DNA of 63,874 bases, filler included, from Octopus bimaculoides (taxonomy: Eukaryota): assembly GCF_001194135.2 (NCBI RefSeq). It is 6 parts of 5 records of this genome, joined end to end, with 100 filler letters (N's around TTAATTAATTAA, not from the genome) between each part and the next. Parts side by side here need not be neighbours in the genome. Positions count along the whole stretch, not along the records: positions 19,478 to 29,075 come from NC_068986.1; positions 29,176 to 49,565 come from NC_068989.1; 4 more parts are not named here. One strand, 5' to 3'. Below, in pieces: positions 24,186 through 35,644 of the stretch. The position numbers and the translations under genes are program-made. Each line of letters opens with the position of its first letter. Positions within the stretch are counted from its first letter, which is position 1. The notes beneath the pieces were generated by a model that was given only the letters and a program-made list of their open reading frames with translations, was not told the origin of the DNA and did not search any database.

Positions 24186-25300
24186 AAGTACCAGGTTGAG
24201 TCAAAAGGTATTTCGTATTTTAAGCCTTAATTAAGAGTTGAAACAAATTACATTAAAAAACAACCGTTTATTCATCAAAATATATCCCATATAGTATATT
24301 GCCTGTTGCAGTCGTTGTGCCAGAAGCTTAATTCCATGCTTTAAGCGTTTGACTGGTTTAGAGGCAAAAAAAAAAAAACTCCCTGCACCCGTTTTCAGCC
24401 TCATTCACATTGTCGAACCTCCGTCTGAGCAAGGCATGAGCCATGGCTCGGGAAAGGTGGTAAACTGATGGTGTAAGATCTGGACTGTATGCAGGGTGAA
24501 GCAGTATTTCCAGCCCCTTAAGTTCTTCGAGATTGCGCTTGGTCACATTGATTGTGTACTGGAGCATTGTCATGTTGCAGAAGCGCGCCTTTTCGATTGA
24601 TCAATGTCGGGTAGCGAGCTTTCAAAGCATTTCATACTCGCTGCAGCAGTTGAGCATAATGGTTAGTGTTCACATCAAGACCATCTGGGACAAGCTCAAA
24701 ATACAACAACCCCTCAAAATTCCACCACATACTCAACATGACTTTCTGTTCAAGCTACCCTCGTTTGACAACAGGTTCTGAAACCTAAGCGGAACGCAGC
24801 CATTGATTTTTCCTATTAGAATTACGAAAATAGTTCCATTTTTCATCCCCAGTTATAATTCAGTGCCTAGCCAGCTGTTGTTTGCAAATGTTCAACCTAG
24901 CCATTGAATCATTGAACCTAGCCATTGGTCAGTTCAAGAAGAACTTCTCAACTGCACCTGTTCACAAGGACGAGCTTATGGATGTTTTGACTGATGGTGC
25001 TTTGTGAAGAACCAAGTTCTGCCGGCAATGTGCGAGTGCTTGTGCTTGGGCGTTGTTCAACCATTCCAAACAAAGCCTCATTTTCCACAACAGAAAGTCT
25101 CCCTGACCTTGGCTTGTCTTCAAGGATGGTGTCACCTTGCTTGAAACGTCTGAACTAGTTTCGTGTCACACGTTCGTCGACAGTTCTTGGGCCTACCACA
25201 TCATTAATTTCTTTTGCTGCTGCTCATGCATTCAGTCCTTTTTTTCCTGCAGGTAGTGTAAAATGGCTCTAAATGCAATTTTTTCATCACTCATTATCAA
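24186..25300 (-). mobile_element. Mariner transposon fossil
   Basis: AAAKEINDVVG...FRRFKQGDTILEDKPRSGR (HTH) and HPAYSPDLTPSVYHLSRAMAHAL (YSPDL motif). Multiple stops. Confidence 0.85.
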
Positions 25301-26329
25301 AACTGTAAAATAAAGAATAAAGATCAATGCTTATATGTTAAATATGAAAATAAAGAATGAACGATTAGACAAGTTGTATCAAACTAATGGTGTAACACGG
25401 AGACACAAGTTGCAAAACCCATCAATGAAATCCAAAAATGAAAATAAAAAAAACGTCAGCCGTGTTAAATAATTGGTTATTCTTCTGATCAAATTCACTA
25501 AAGAAACCTTTTATTCACACTATTAATGACGTTCATCACAAGCATGAATTCCCCCACGGCTGGGAACGACATCGACATTGCCAGAATTGAATCGGAGTAA
25601 AACATCGACAGTTTCAAAGAATCGATGTATACATCGAGAAAAGTAAACAAAATCTTTTTAGTTTTGGTTATAGAAGAAATCATAATTTTAGAATGTATTT
25701 TTATTTTGAATTATAAACTTTTAGCTGCAGTGGTTTTAAAGTCTCTCTTGGTTTACCACGGAATGTTGCATATCATTTATATAACATGTGTCGCACGTTA
25801 ACTGGTGGAAATAATACAAGAATCAAACTTTAAAATAACAGCAAGACTTTATCCCTCTGCTAAATAATACAGTGGACCAAATAACACGTCACGAATTCTG
25901 TTGGTTGTATCCATCGTTAGGATAATTCCGCTCTGGCCGTCGTTGGTTACAAGTGCTTCGTTAAAACAGCAGGAAGATATCATGACGCGTCCTCTAGTAA
26001 CTCTCTCACCTCTCTGCCTTAGAAGTTTTGTTAACCCAATCTATATACAAACATGAGCTCTAGATTAGTTATTTCAGAATGTATTACGCACAACGTGATT
26101 GGATCCGAGATCCATATCTCGTGCAATTGTACAGGACTCAACCAAATGTTCCAAGCTCACGTGATAAGTCAAATGACCAACGATTAAAGATTCACGCGTG
26201 GAGCCTATAAAAAGCTTGTCGACTAAAAATGCCACAACAGGAATTAGGTCTCGCTACGAACTCAATAATAACTTCCTAATTACTATCAAAAGGCAAAAAA
26301 AGATCGCCTCTGTTGGCTATATATATTAT

Positions 26330-26760
26330 CGTTTGTCTTTTACTTGTCTCAGTCACTGGACTGCGTCCATGCTGGGGCACTGCCTTTAAGGGTTTTAGTT
26401 GAACGAATAGATCCAAATATCTGGTTTTGAAGATTCCTTGTGTGAATTCGTTTTGAAACAAATTTTGTTGTTGCCTGGGGAGAGTTACAGTGCCTATTCT
26501 ATTAATCTCTTTGGCCGAACCACTAAGTTATGGGGATGTAAACAAAGTAACATTGGTTTCGGAGGGGGGGGGCATGGACACACACACATCTATATATACA
26601 ACGGGCTTCCACGCAGTTTCCGTCTACCAAATTCACTCATAAGGCATAAGTCGACCCAGGGGTAGAATGGAAGACACTTTCCCAAGGTGTTACACAGTGG
26701 GTCTGAACCTGAAACCAAGTAGTTGCAAGCAAGCATCTTAACCTCACAGTCATGTCTGCG
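26330..26760 (-). mobile_element. SINE family B, full length, degraded
   Basis: Tail, middle and head modules are all present. Confidence 0.8.
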
Positions 26761-27137
26761 CCTATGGGTATGTCTTAAATTACTTCATTGCAAAATAATT
26801 ACACCAGCAAACATTGTTGAATGCAATGTAGAAGTCACTCATGGTGATTTTTTCTTTGAAAATGATCAGTGTAATTTTATTTCTAAAAATGTAAACACTT
26901 CTCAAATAACACTTCATAGGTATTCTCCACGATTGGACATGACTTCAGCAAGGAGCCGAGACCCTGCTGTTACTATGCATCATGACAAACAAGAGTAGAA
27001 GATGCTTCCCTAAGGTGTTCCGTGGTGGGAGTGAACCCAAAACCAAATAGCTGCAAAGCTTCTTAACCACACAGCCATGTCTGTACTGATTGTTATGCCT
27101 TACATTTCTTCACAGCAAAACCATTTCACCAACAAAC

Positions 27138-27426
27138 TGTGGGGATGAGCTGGAAAAAGAGGGTCATGATTTCAATGGTCAAGGGACTGACCGGAAGAGG
27201 AAGCGTGAGAAGGAAAGTGCAGAGAGGAGGGACAGCAGAAGGTCGTCCTCTTTTAGCCGGCCGAGCATTGCAAATGGACATGAGGGAATTCGCTCTTGGG
27301 ATGGAGACAGCAGCTGCTTATTACTGTGTGACAGGGTCGGGCAGGATCGCCGGAGCGACTACTACTAGAAGGGCGCAGACGAAAGAGGAAGGTAGGTGAA
27401 CCTCTTTTCATTTCCCATGCACGACA
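27138..27426. mobile_element. Solo LTR (289 bp) with 5-bp TSD CAAAC
   Basis: GC-richer island starting TGT (27138) and ending ACA (27426), flanked by CAAAC at 27133-27137 and 27427-27431. The paralogous empty site has a single CAAAC at 26808-26812. Confidence 0.8.
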
Positions 27427-27929
27427 CAAACATTTGTCGAATGAAATGTAGAAGTTACTCATGGTAATTTTTCTACGAAAAATGATGAGCGTAATTTTAT
27501 TCCTGAAAATGTAAACACTACTCAAATAATACTACACAGGTAGCATATGACTTCAACAAGGAACCAAGCACCCCCACTGTTCCTATGCATGCCTAACAAT
27601 CAGATTGACCATTCTGCTGCTAATATATCATCTCGTAATCAGGCTGCCTGTCAGTAAGCTTTACAGTAACAGCGACAATATGAAATATATACAAGCTGAA
27701 AAGTGAGGATTAACTGGAGCGCATTTTCAGGGAAATCTTTCAAAAGATTATTTCATTTTGAAAACTCAAAGTAAATAAAAGACTGCTTCTATCAACATAA
27801 ATTTTAAAAAATCTAAATCGGTGCTTTTCAACCATTTTTTACCTGTGGATTCCTTTGATGGCTATTTTACTCGAGTAGATCCTCCTAACCATTCAATGTT
27901 TAAACAATCATATAAGATTTTTAGAATTA

Positions 27930-28235
27930 TGACTCAGTGGTTAGTGTTAGGTTCACAATAATGAGGTGGTGAGTTTGATTCCTGGACCAGGCAGTGTGTT
28001 GGGTTCTTGAGCAAGACACTTTATTTCACATTGTTCCAGTTCACTCAGCTGTGGAAATGAGTTGCGACGTCACTGGTGCCAAACTGTATTGACCTTTGCC
28101 TTTCCCTTGAATGACATCAGTGGTGTGGAGAAGGAAGGCTGGTCTTCCATAAATAACCTTGCCCAGAATTGCATCTCAGAGGGGAACTTTCTAGGTGCAA
28201 TCCCATAGTCATTCATGATCGAAGGAGGTCTTTAC
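27930..28235 (+). mobile_element. tRNA-derived SINE family C
   Basis: A/B-box-like tgactcagtgg / gagtttgattcc, then ttcttgagcaagacactttatttc...ccagttcactcagctg, shared with 50271-50590 and resembling conserved SINE central domains. Confidence 0.7.
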
Positions 28236-28309
28236 TTGCTAGATATTAGAAGAAAATGTATTTAAAAAATTGTTTAAATATTTTGTTATCTGTACTATAA
28301 CTGCATTAT

Positions 28310-28740
28310 TTACGTCTGTGTGTGTATGTATCAAAATCTTGTCAACAAACTTCTCCACAACCATTGGACCGGTTTCAACCAAACTTGGTGTGAGGAACCG
28401 TGGGTACTGGGAGAGTGTCAACATCTATATGGGATGATTTATTTTGAAATAGCTATGAAAAAATATGACATCATCCCTTCCTTCCTTATTCATCTATCAC
28501 CCCTTCCTTTTTCATTCATAAACACAAGAGTATTATTATAGTAGATTATCTCGGTAACCATGGGAGCTATGAAAAATATACAAAGCCCAGCATCACCACC
28601 AGATCATTCTACACATCTGTGTAATTTTTCGCGCAATTCCACCCAGCCGTTTGACTGTGAATCCCAAGACAAGAAAGAATCGTCCATGTCAAATTTTTAG
28701 TGAAAAGTGGGTTATACATCTTTAGATGTATACCTGACTT
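28310..28740. mobile_element. Probable non-autonomous DNA/Helentron-type repeat
   Basis: ccggtttcaaccaaacttgg motif and terminal hairpin tatacatc-ttta-gatgtata. Class is uncertain. Confidence 0.3.
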
Positions 28741-28771
28741 TCCTATATAAAATCAGAAATTAACGGAACGC

Positions 28772-29073
28772 TGAACTCCAGACTATCAACACAAACAACA
28801 TTTATTCAAGGTGGAATATATACATCTTTAGCTCTTGTTTGTTGAGACGTCTTCTGTGTGTGTGAGTATGGTTGTTGGGACGTTGGTATGTAGATGTGAG
28901 CGAGCTGTCTAGCGTAAGTTCGAAAGATGGAGAGAGACAGCTAAACACGTCCTTGCTCAATCGCTGGCCAGCAAGAAATAGACAGATCAAAGCGGGAAAG
29001 CTTGGTTGTTGAATTCCACGCATGCGTGAGACTACGCATGCGTGAGACTACGCATGCGCACAGCGTTACTACA
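28772..29073 (-). mobile_element. Probable solo LTR (about 300 bp)
   Basis: On minus it begins TGTAGTAAC, has AATAAA about 30 nt before a CA end. Candidate TSD AACGC can be confirmed for only 2 nt because a gap follows. Confidence 0.5.
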
Positions 29074-29075
29074 AA

Positions 29076-29175
29076 NNNNNNNNNNNNNNNNNNNNNNNNN
29101 NNNNNNNNNNNNNNNNNNNTTAATTAATTAANNNNNNNNNNNNNNNNNNNNNNNNNNNNNNNNNNNNNNNNNNNN
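29076..29175. other. Synthetic scaffold-join linker
   Basis: 44N-TTAATTAATTAA-44N. Confidence 0.95.
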
Positions 29176-29224
29176 TATATATATATATATATATATATAT
29201 ACTGATAGATAGATAGACAGACAG

Positions 29225-29282
<58 letters not shown>

Positions 29283-29369
29283 GTTGTGTGTATTGTGTAT
29301 ACAAATTTATATATGTACTTATGAATGTTTTCTTTTCGTTTTAATTTAGGGTTAATTCTGACCAGCCAC

Positions 29370-29720
29370 CAGCTTGGTAGCAAGTTTGTGAATGAAAGCA
29401 TCTTGCTTTGCTCATCAGCCTTTAAATCTTAAGAAGGACTTGCAGATAGGGTTGGTATATATCCTGTGGCTTCTATGATTATAGTTATGAAACTGAAATT
29501 TTCTCTTTCTCCTGTATTTTTCTGGCCACAATAACATCCAATAGCAGCTGATTTCCATAACAGAGCATTTATTTTTCTTATGGTTCCATACATTCAAAAT
29601 CTGGCTAGTTGTGTATTTGGTGGCTGTTTTAATTCCTAAGCTCCTCCAATTTTTTTTTTCTATCCATTGCTCTCAGTATAATCAACTCAGTTGGTCTTTC
29701 CTTTTTCTTATCCTGATAAT
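29370..29720 (-). mobile_element. Old RLE-domain non-LTR retrotransposon fragment
   Basis: IKTATK...LNVWNHKKNKCSVMEISC / LDVIVARKIQEKE / FITIIIEATGYIPTL across frameshifts matches the RLE PD-(D/E)xK region layout. Confidence 0.5.
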
Positions 29721-29913
29721 GTATGTATGCATGTATAGAGTGTTTGGATTACATTTGACAGTTTGCATAAAAGGTAAAGAAAAGAAAACACTATGTCGTC
29801 CAAAAATAAAAGTATTTTTAAACATCAAATATATCAAGGCTGTGTGGTAAGAAGCTTGCTTCCCAACCACATGGTTCTAAGTTCAGTCCCACTGCATGGC
29901 ACTTTCTACTACT

Positions 29914-29945
<32 letters not shown>

Positions 29946-29984
29946 GTAACATATATATATATATATATATATATGTAACAAATT

Positions 29985-30298
29985 GACCTCAGGACTTATT
30001 CTTTGTAAGGCTAGTACTTATTCTATCGGTCAGTTTTGCTGAACCGCTAAGTTACGGTAATGTAAACACATTAATATCACGTGTGAAGTGATGGTGGGAG
30101 GACAGACACAGACACACAAGCACACACACACATACACATATATACGACAGGCTTCTTTCAGTTTCCGTCTACCAAATCCACTCACAAGGCCTTGGACGGC
30201 CCGAGGCTATAGTAGAAGTTACTTACCCAAGGTGCCACACAGTGGAACTGAACCCAGAACCATGTGGTTGAGAAACAAGCTACTTACCACACAGTCAT
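29985..30298 (-). mobile_element. SINE family B
   Basis: Head, middle and most of the 3' module are present. Confidence 0.85.
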
Positions 30299-31489
30299 AT
30301 ATAAATACATATATATATGTATATATATGTGCGTATGTGTGTGTGTGTGAATGGATAGATGGATGTATGTGTATGTATCCAGTCAATATGTCACAGGTCA
30401 ATTCATTGTCTGCCTCCAGTTAGAATGCCAACACATTATTAAGTGGTGCTTAAACAATGTATTGAACTGGCATTAAGAAATACAAACTTTCTCTTCCTAT
30501 TGATATTAAGACGTGGAGAATAATAGAAATTGAAATGAAGTGTTGAAAAAAAAGAAATTAAGAAACCAATGAAAGCATTTAAATAAAATCCTTGTTTTTG
30601 TAAAAATTTCTTTCTGGCTTTATCTAATTTCTTTTCTTTATTTTATAGAACACATCCAAACAGATAAATACATGTAGAATAGCACATATAAGAATATAAG
30701 CAGAAATGTATATAATTCTTAGGTATTAATATGTAAGAAAAAAAAATAACTTATGTTAAAACATATTTATTAAAATAATTTATTTATTTAAAAATTTATC
30801 AAGAACTCAAACAAAACAGACAAAAAAAAGATAAATATATCTGACAACTAAAAACTCAAGTTAATGACAAAAAACATTGAGATATTAAAATTTCAGATTA
30901 TGAACTGCTTTCAAGAACTTAAATGTTTTTTCATTTTTGTTTTTGTTTCTTGTTTTTTTTTTGTTCAGAATCCGTGTCTATCACACTTTTAATGTACTTG
31001 TTTAATCTCAACATTTCGTTCTTTCTTTGGCTGGTTTCTTCTGCTTGGATAAATTTTTGTAATTTAGCATCTGTTTGGAACTGTTATGATCAACCTATTC
31101 TTCATAACAAAATTAAATATCTTTTGATATATACGAGTTCTTTTCATTGTTATTTCTCTTATATTACCAGGACTAGCATCTTAATTTATTTATTTTTTTA
31201 AACTTCAACTATTAGTGCAAACATGACTGTGTAGATAAGAAGCTTGTTTCACAACCATGTGGTTTCAGGTTCAGTTTCAAAGCACAGCACTTTGCTAGGT
31301 TAACTCTAAGGCGCTTCAGTTCTAGACCTTGCTTACATACCTAAAACTTTTTCTCTAGTTATGGTAGGGATTCAGCTATAAGAACAAAGTCATCAGCATA
31401 GAGAAACTCCCAGGAGCTTTGTCTTCATTCGGTTTTCCTGTATGTCTCTACTGTCCTGTTTGTGTTCCTAACTTTGACCCTCCATAATG

Positions 31490-31705
31490 GTATTTATGGG
31501 ACCAACTGTCTTCGAAGACTCCTACTGTCGTTGATTGCTCGAAATGGGGAGAAGATAGACAGCCGACAACTGATGAAGGGTCGTTTTTTGTATTCTTTGT
31601 ATTATTTCTCCTGTTTTCCATTTTCTCTCTCGTTATTTGCGTGTTTAACTTATTTGTTTTCGTTTTTCATGTCGTTTACTGTTAGTGACGTCCTATACCC
31701 ATATA
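31490..31705 (+). mobile_element. Penelope-like pseudo-LTR fragment
   Basis: Reverse complement of the family at 61590-61935 and 63074-63215 (gacaactgatgaaggg..., gacgtcctataccc). Confidence 0.55.
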
Positions 31706-31714
31706 TACATATAT

Positions 31715-31925
31715 AGTCAATCCAAACATGAACAAGCAAGAAAAAACAACAAAAAACAACAACAACGTGAGGACGTAGAATAAGTACAGTGTTATTGGAT
31801 GCTCAGGAAAGGAAGGAAAAGAAAGAGGATTTCATGTTTCGAGCGGAGCTCTTCATCAGAAATATAGAAAAGTCCGAAGAAGGGAAGACAGAGAAAGAAA
31901 ATTGCCAACGATACACACTTGGTCA
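31715..31925 (-). mobile_element. Penelope-like pLTR-derived repeat carrying a hammerhead relic
   Basis: Minus strand 31863-31829 reads AUUU CUGAUGA A GAGC-UCC-GCUC GAAA CAUG AAAU. Confidence 0.55.
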
Positions 31926-31929
31926 CATA

Positions 31930-32120
31930 CATTCATCATTATCATCATCGTTTAACGTCCGCCTTCTATGCTTGCATGGGTTGGATGATTTGACTGAGGA
32001 CTGGTGAACCAGATGGCTACACCAGGTCCAATCTGATTTGGCAGAGTTTCTACAGCTGGATGCCCTTCCTAAAGCCAACCACTCTGAGAGTGGAGGGGTG
32101 CTTTTACGTGCCACTGGCAC
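31930..32120 (-). mobile_element. LINE/SINE 3' tail with (ATG)n end (RTE-type tail)
   Basis: ggatgcccttcctaaagccaacc motif and (CAT)n end. Homologous to 41025-41285. Confidence 0.6.
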
Positions 32121-32139
32121 ATTACTATATATATATATT

Positions 32140-32171
<32 letters not shown>

Positions 32172-32873
32172 TATGTAATTGTGTTTCACTGCTTGCTTCT
32201 TGTACTAAGCAAAGAGACTGTACATCTAGGTGTCCTTTCAGGAAAATTCCAACCATTTTATTTACCAGGTCTTTGGAAGCCTTACAAAATAGTATACTGT
32301 ATTAATAAAATAACAGAAAGAAAAAAATCTTTGCTGATTATTTCAGAATCTTGTTTTGCTTGTCTATCATTCTATAATCATACTTTTCATACATTTCATA
32401 CTTTCTATGCTTTTCTAGCATATCTATATAAGCTCACAATATAAATCATTTATTTTCCCCACTCCAGCATTTTATTGTTGGTAAAATGTGTTTCATGTAA
32501 TGGCCATCTCTTCTGATTAAACTTCACTACAGATAAGCTCTCCACACAGAGAATTTGTAACATACTTCTATAATCAGATATAAGTTCTCAAATGATTTTT
32601 ATCAGCATTGTATGTTTTCAATCTTCAAAGATGAATATCGTTGTTTATGTTTTAAATATGTGTATCAACTTAACATCTAAATTCTGTGAATATATTGTTG
32701 ATACTGCGATATCAGTATTATGTATATACTGTTAGTATTGTGATGTTTATACTCTGTATATATTATCTTGTTTACCTTACTTTGTCTATTTAGTCAACAC
32801 ATCTATTAGTTCTCTTCTCTCTCCCCCTCTCCGCCATCCACCTCTTCTTTCTCTTTGTATTGAAAATGTGCGC

Positions 32874-32968
<95 letters not shown>

Positions 32969-33320
32969 CACATACACATGCATATATATGATATATATGT
33001 GTATGCGTGTGCATATATAGATATCACTTATTTGTATATACATAAATCTATTTGTTACAGGCACACACACAAACTTTTGTGCATGTGTGTCTGTTTGTAT
33101 GTGTGTGTGTGTGTGTGTCCTTTCATATATGCATACATACATAATGCTTACATACAAACTTATATACTTACACGAGTAAACTTAAATCCAAGCGTGTAAT
33201 ACAAGTTTGTTCACATGTATGCCCATACATTACACAAACATGTATGTATGTGCAAATATGTTAGCATGAAAATTATACTGAGTGTGTATATATATTTGTG
33301 TGCAGGTATATGTATTTACA

Positions 33321-33389
<69 letters not shown>

Positions 33390-33459
33390 ATATACATACA
33401 TACAGATGTGGCTGAGTGGTAGGAAGTTTGCTTCCCAACCACATGGTTCTGGATTCAAC

Positions 33460-33770
33460 CCCTAAAGGGATGAAAGACAAAGTTGACCTCGGTGGAATTT
33501 GAACTCAGAACGTCGTGATGGGGGCAAAGTATCGCTAAACATGTGATCCAGCATGCTAATGATTCTGCCAGCTCATTGCCTTAATAATCTTTTCTACAAT
33601 AGGCACAAGGCCTGAAATTTGGGGGAGGGAGATAGTCAATTACATGAACCCCAGTGTTTCGCTGGTACTTATTTTATTGACCCCGAAAGGATGAAAGGCA
33701 AAGTCGACCTCAGCAGAATTTGAACTCAGAATATGAACTCAGAACGACCCCAGCAGAATTTGAACTCAGA
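33460..33770 (-). mobile_element. Two tandem SINE family A copies
   Basis: Family A motifs. The second copy has a local duplication of cagcagaatttgaactcaga. Confidence 0.8.
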
Positions 33771-34314
33771 GCGTGCTACCGATTCTACAAGCTTGCTGTC
33801 TTAATAATAATAATAATAATAATAACGATAACGATAACAACAATAATAATGATGATGATAATGATGATGATGATGATAATAATGATAATAATAATGATAA
33901 TAATTTATCATTTATTCCATTAACCACCCAACTATTGCAGGAACTCGTGCTTCAATTTAAAGTTATGTTCATGTAAGACATACATGACACTATATGATTT
34001 GTAAAATTTAATCTTATGAACTCATTAATGCTAAAAGCTTTGTAAATCCCATAAAATATCCGTGTACACATGCACATACGTCTGCAAATGTATAGGCATG
34101 CAATTCATACTGTTTGTATTTATATAAGGGTATGTGTAAACGTGTTCCAAAATTTCCAGAAAACTCTATTCAACTCAGCTCCTAAAAGAGACATTTTACC
34201 AAACATCTACAAAGGATCAAATCTAATTCAAAGAAAATGACAATTAAAAAAAGTCCCTATATGAGGTACCTCCCCTGTGTATCTTGTACCTCACTCCATA
34301 TCACCAAGCTTCTG

Positions 34315-34315
<1 letters not shown>

Positions 34316-34359
<44 letters not shown>

Positions 34360-34905
34360 TAGTCTTATTTTTATAACGTGCTTTCACTGCACTACTGAGC
34401 GCAGCTCTGTGTGCCTTGGGTATGCATTGTGGTTTGTTGTAATGCTCTTATTTTTATTGTATTGAAAGTGTTTTATGTAGGATGTGTGCAGTGCCTAGTA
34501 GTGCTATTTTCTGTATGTTATATATATACTTGTTAATCCTGGTGTTTTTGTTATGTATTTGTCTGAATATTTTTTATCATACCTAATGTGCCTACTAGAT
34601 TGAAACTGCTTCTTTATTTTTTTCTTGGTGATCTCTGACAACTATATCTGGTCTATTGGCCTTAATTTCTCTGACTGTGTTTATTGGCATATCCCAGAGT
34701 ATTGCTGTTTCTCATTTTTTGTGACCTTTTCTGGCGTGTGCCGATACCATCTTTTTTCTGTTGTTATTCCATAGTGTTGACATAGCTTCCAGTGCATATA
34801 GGTCCCAACTCCGTCATGTCTGTGAATATATTCCTTCTTAGCCAGAACTGGGCAGCCAGAGACAATATGATTTATTGTTTCTTCTTCTTCTTCTAGAGTC
34901 AAGTT
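34316..34905 (-). mobile_element. 5'-truncated R4/Dong-like LINE 3' end with (TAA)n tail
   Basis: EETINHIVSGCPVLAKKEYIHRHDGVGTYMHWKLC. The 3' UTR is nearly identical to 60650-60900 and ends in (TAA)n on the sense strand. Confidence 0.88.
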
Positions 34906-35349
34906 TTGACTGCTATTTTCAGCATGGTGGTATCTCTTAGATACCCTAAATTATCCTTGATGGTTTTTATTCCAATGCTGGCCACTTGATAAAAGTGGTA
35001 TTTAAATAATGATCTTATCCTTATTTATATAAATTTATATATATATGTATATATATGTATGTGTGCGAGTGTGTATGTGTGTGTGTCTGTGCCCCCCCCC
35101 CACATCACTTGACAACCAATGCAGGTGTGTATACATTAGTGCAGCTTAGCAGTTCAGCAAAAGACACCGATAGAATAAGTACTAGGCTTACGAAGAATAA
35201 GTCCTGGGGTCAGTTTGCTTGACAAGTTGTTAAGATATTGAGATAGTTTTCTTAACATGAAACCAATGGTAGCCTTAAAACACAAATAAAGAAATTTTAT
35301 GCACCAATACGGTATTGAGCACTCATTCTCATTGTTCGACATTTATGCA

Positions 35350-35390
<41 letters not shown>

Positions 35391-35644
35391 ATATATATAC
35401 TGCATGTGTGTGAGTGGGGTTCTGTATCCATATTTATTCCCCCCTGCCATTTGACAATCAGTGTTGGTTTTCTTATGTCCTAATAACTTAGCGGTTCAGC
35501 AAAAGAGACCAATAGAATATATACAAGACTTAAAAATGAGTACTGGGATAGACTTTTCCTAACTAAATCCTTGAAGGTGGTGCTCCAGTATGACTGCATC
35601 TTAACAACTGAAACAAGTAAAAGATAGAACAAATAAATGGTAAA

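Noticed and set aside
27090-27399. Overlapping 86-92 aa ORFs in a GC-rich island
   Set aside because: Explained by the solo LTR (TG...CA, TSD, empty paralogous site); the peptides are unrecognisable.
29018-29060. CRISPR-like array (also the 21-bp x4 at 61144 and 16-bp x3 near 52395)
   Set aside because: Tandem units with no unique spacers, in eukaryotic context, with no cas genes.
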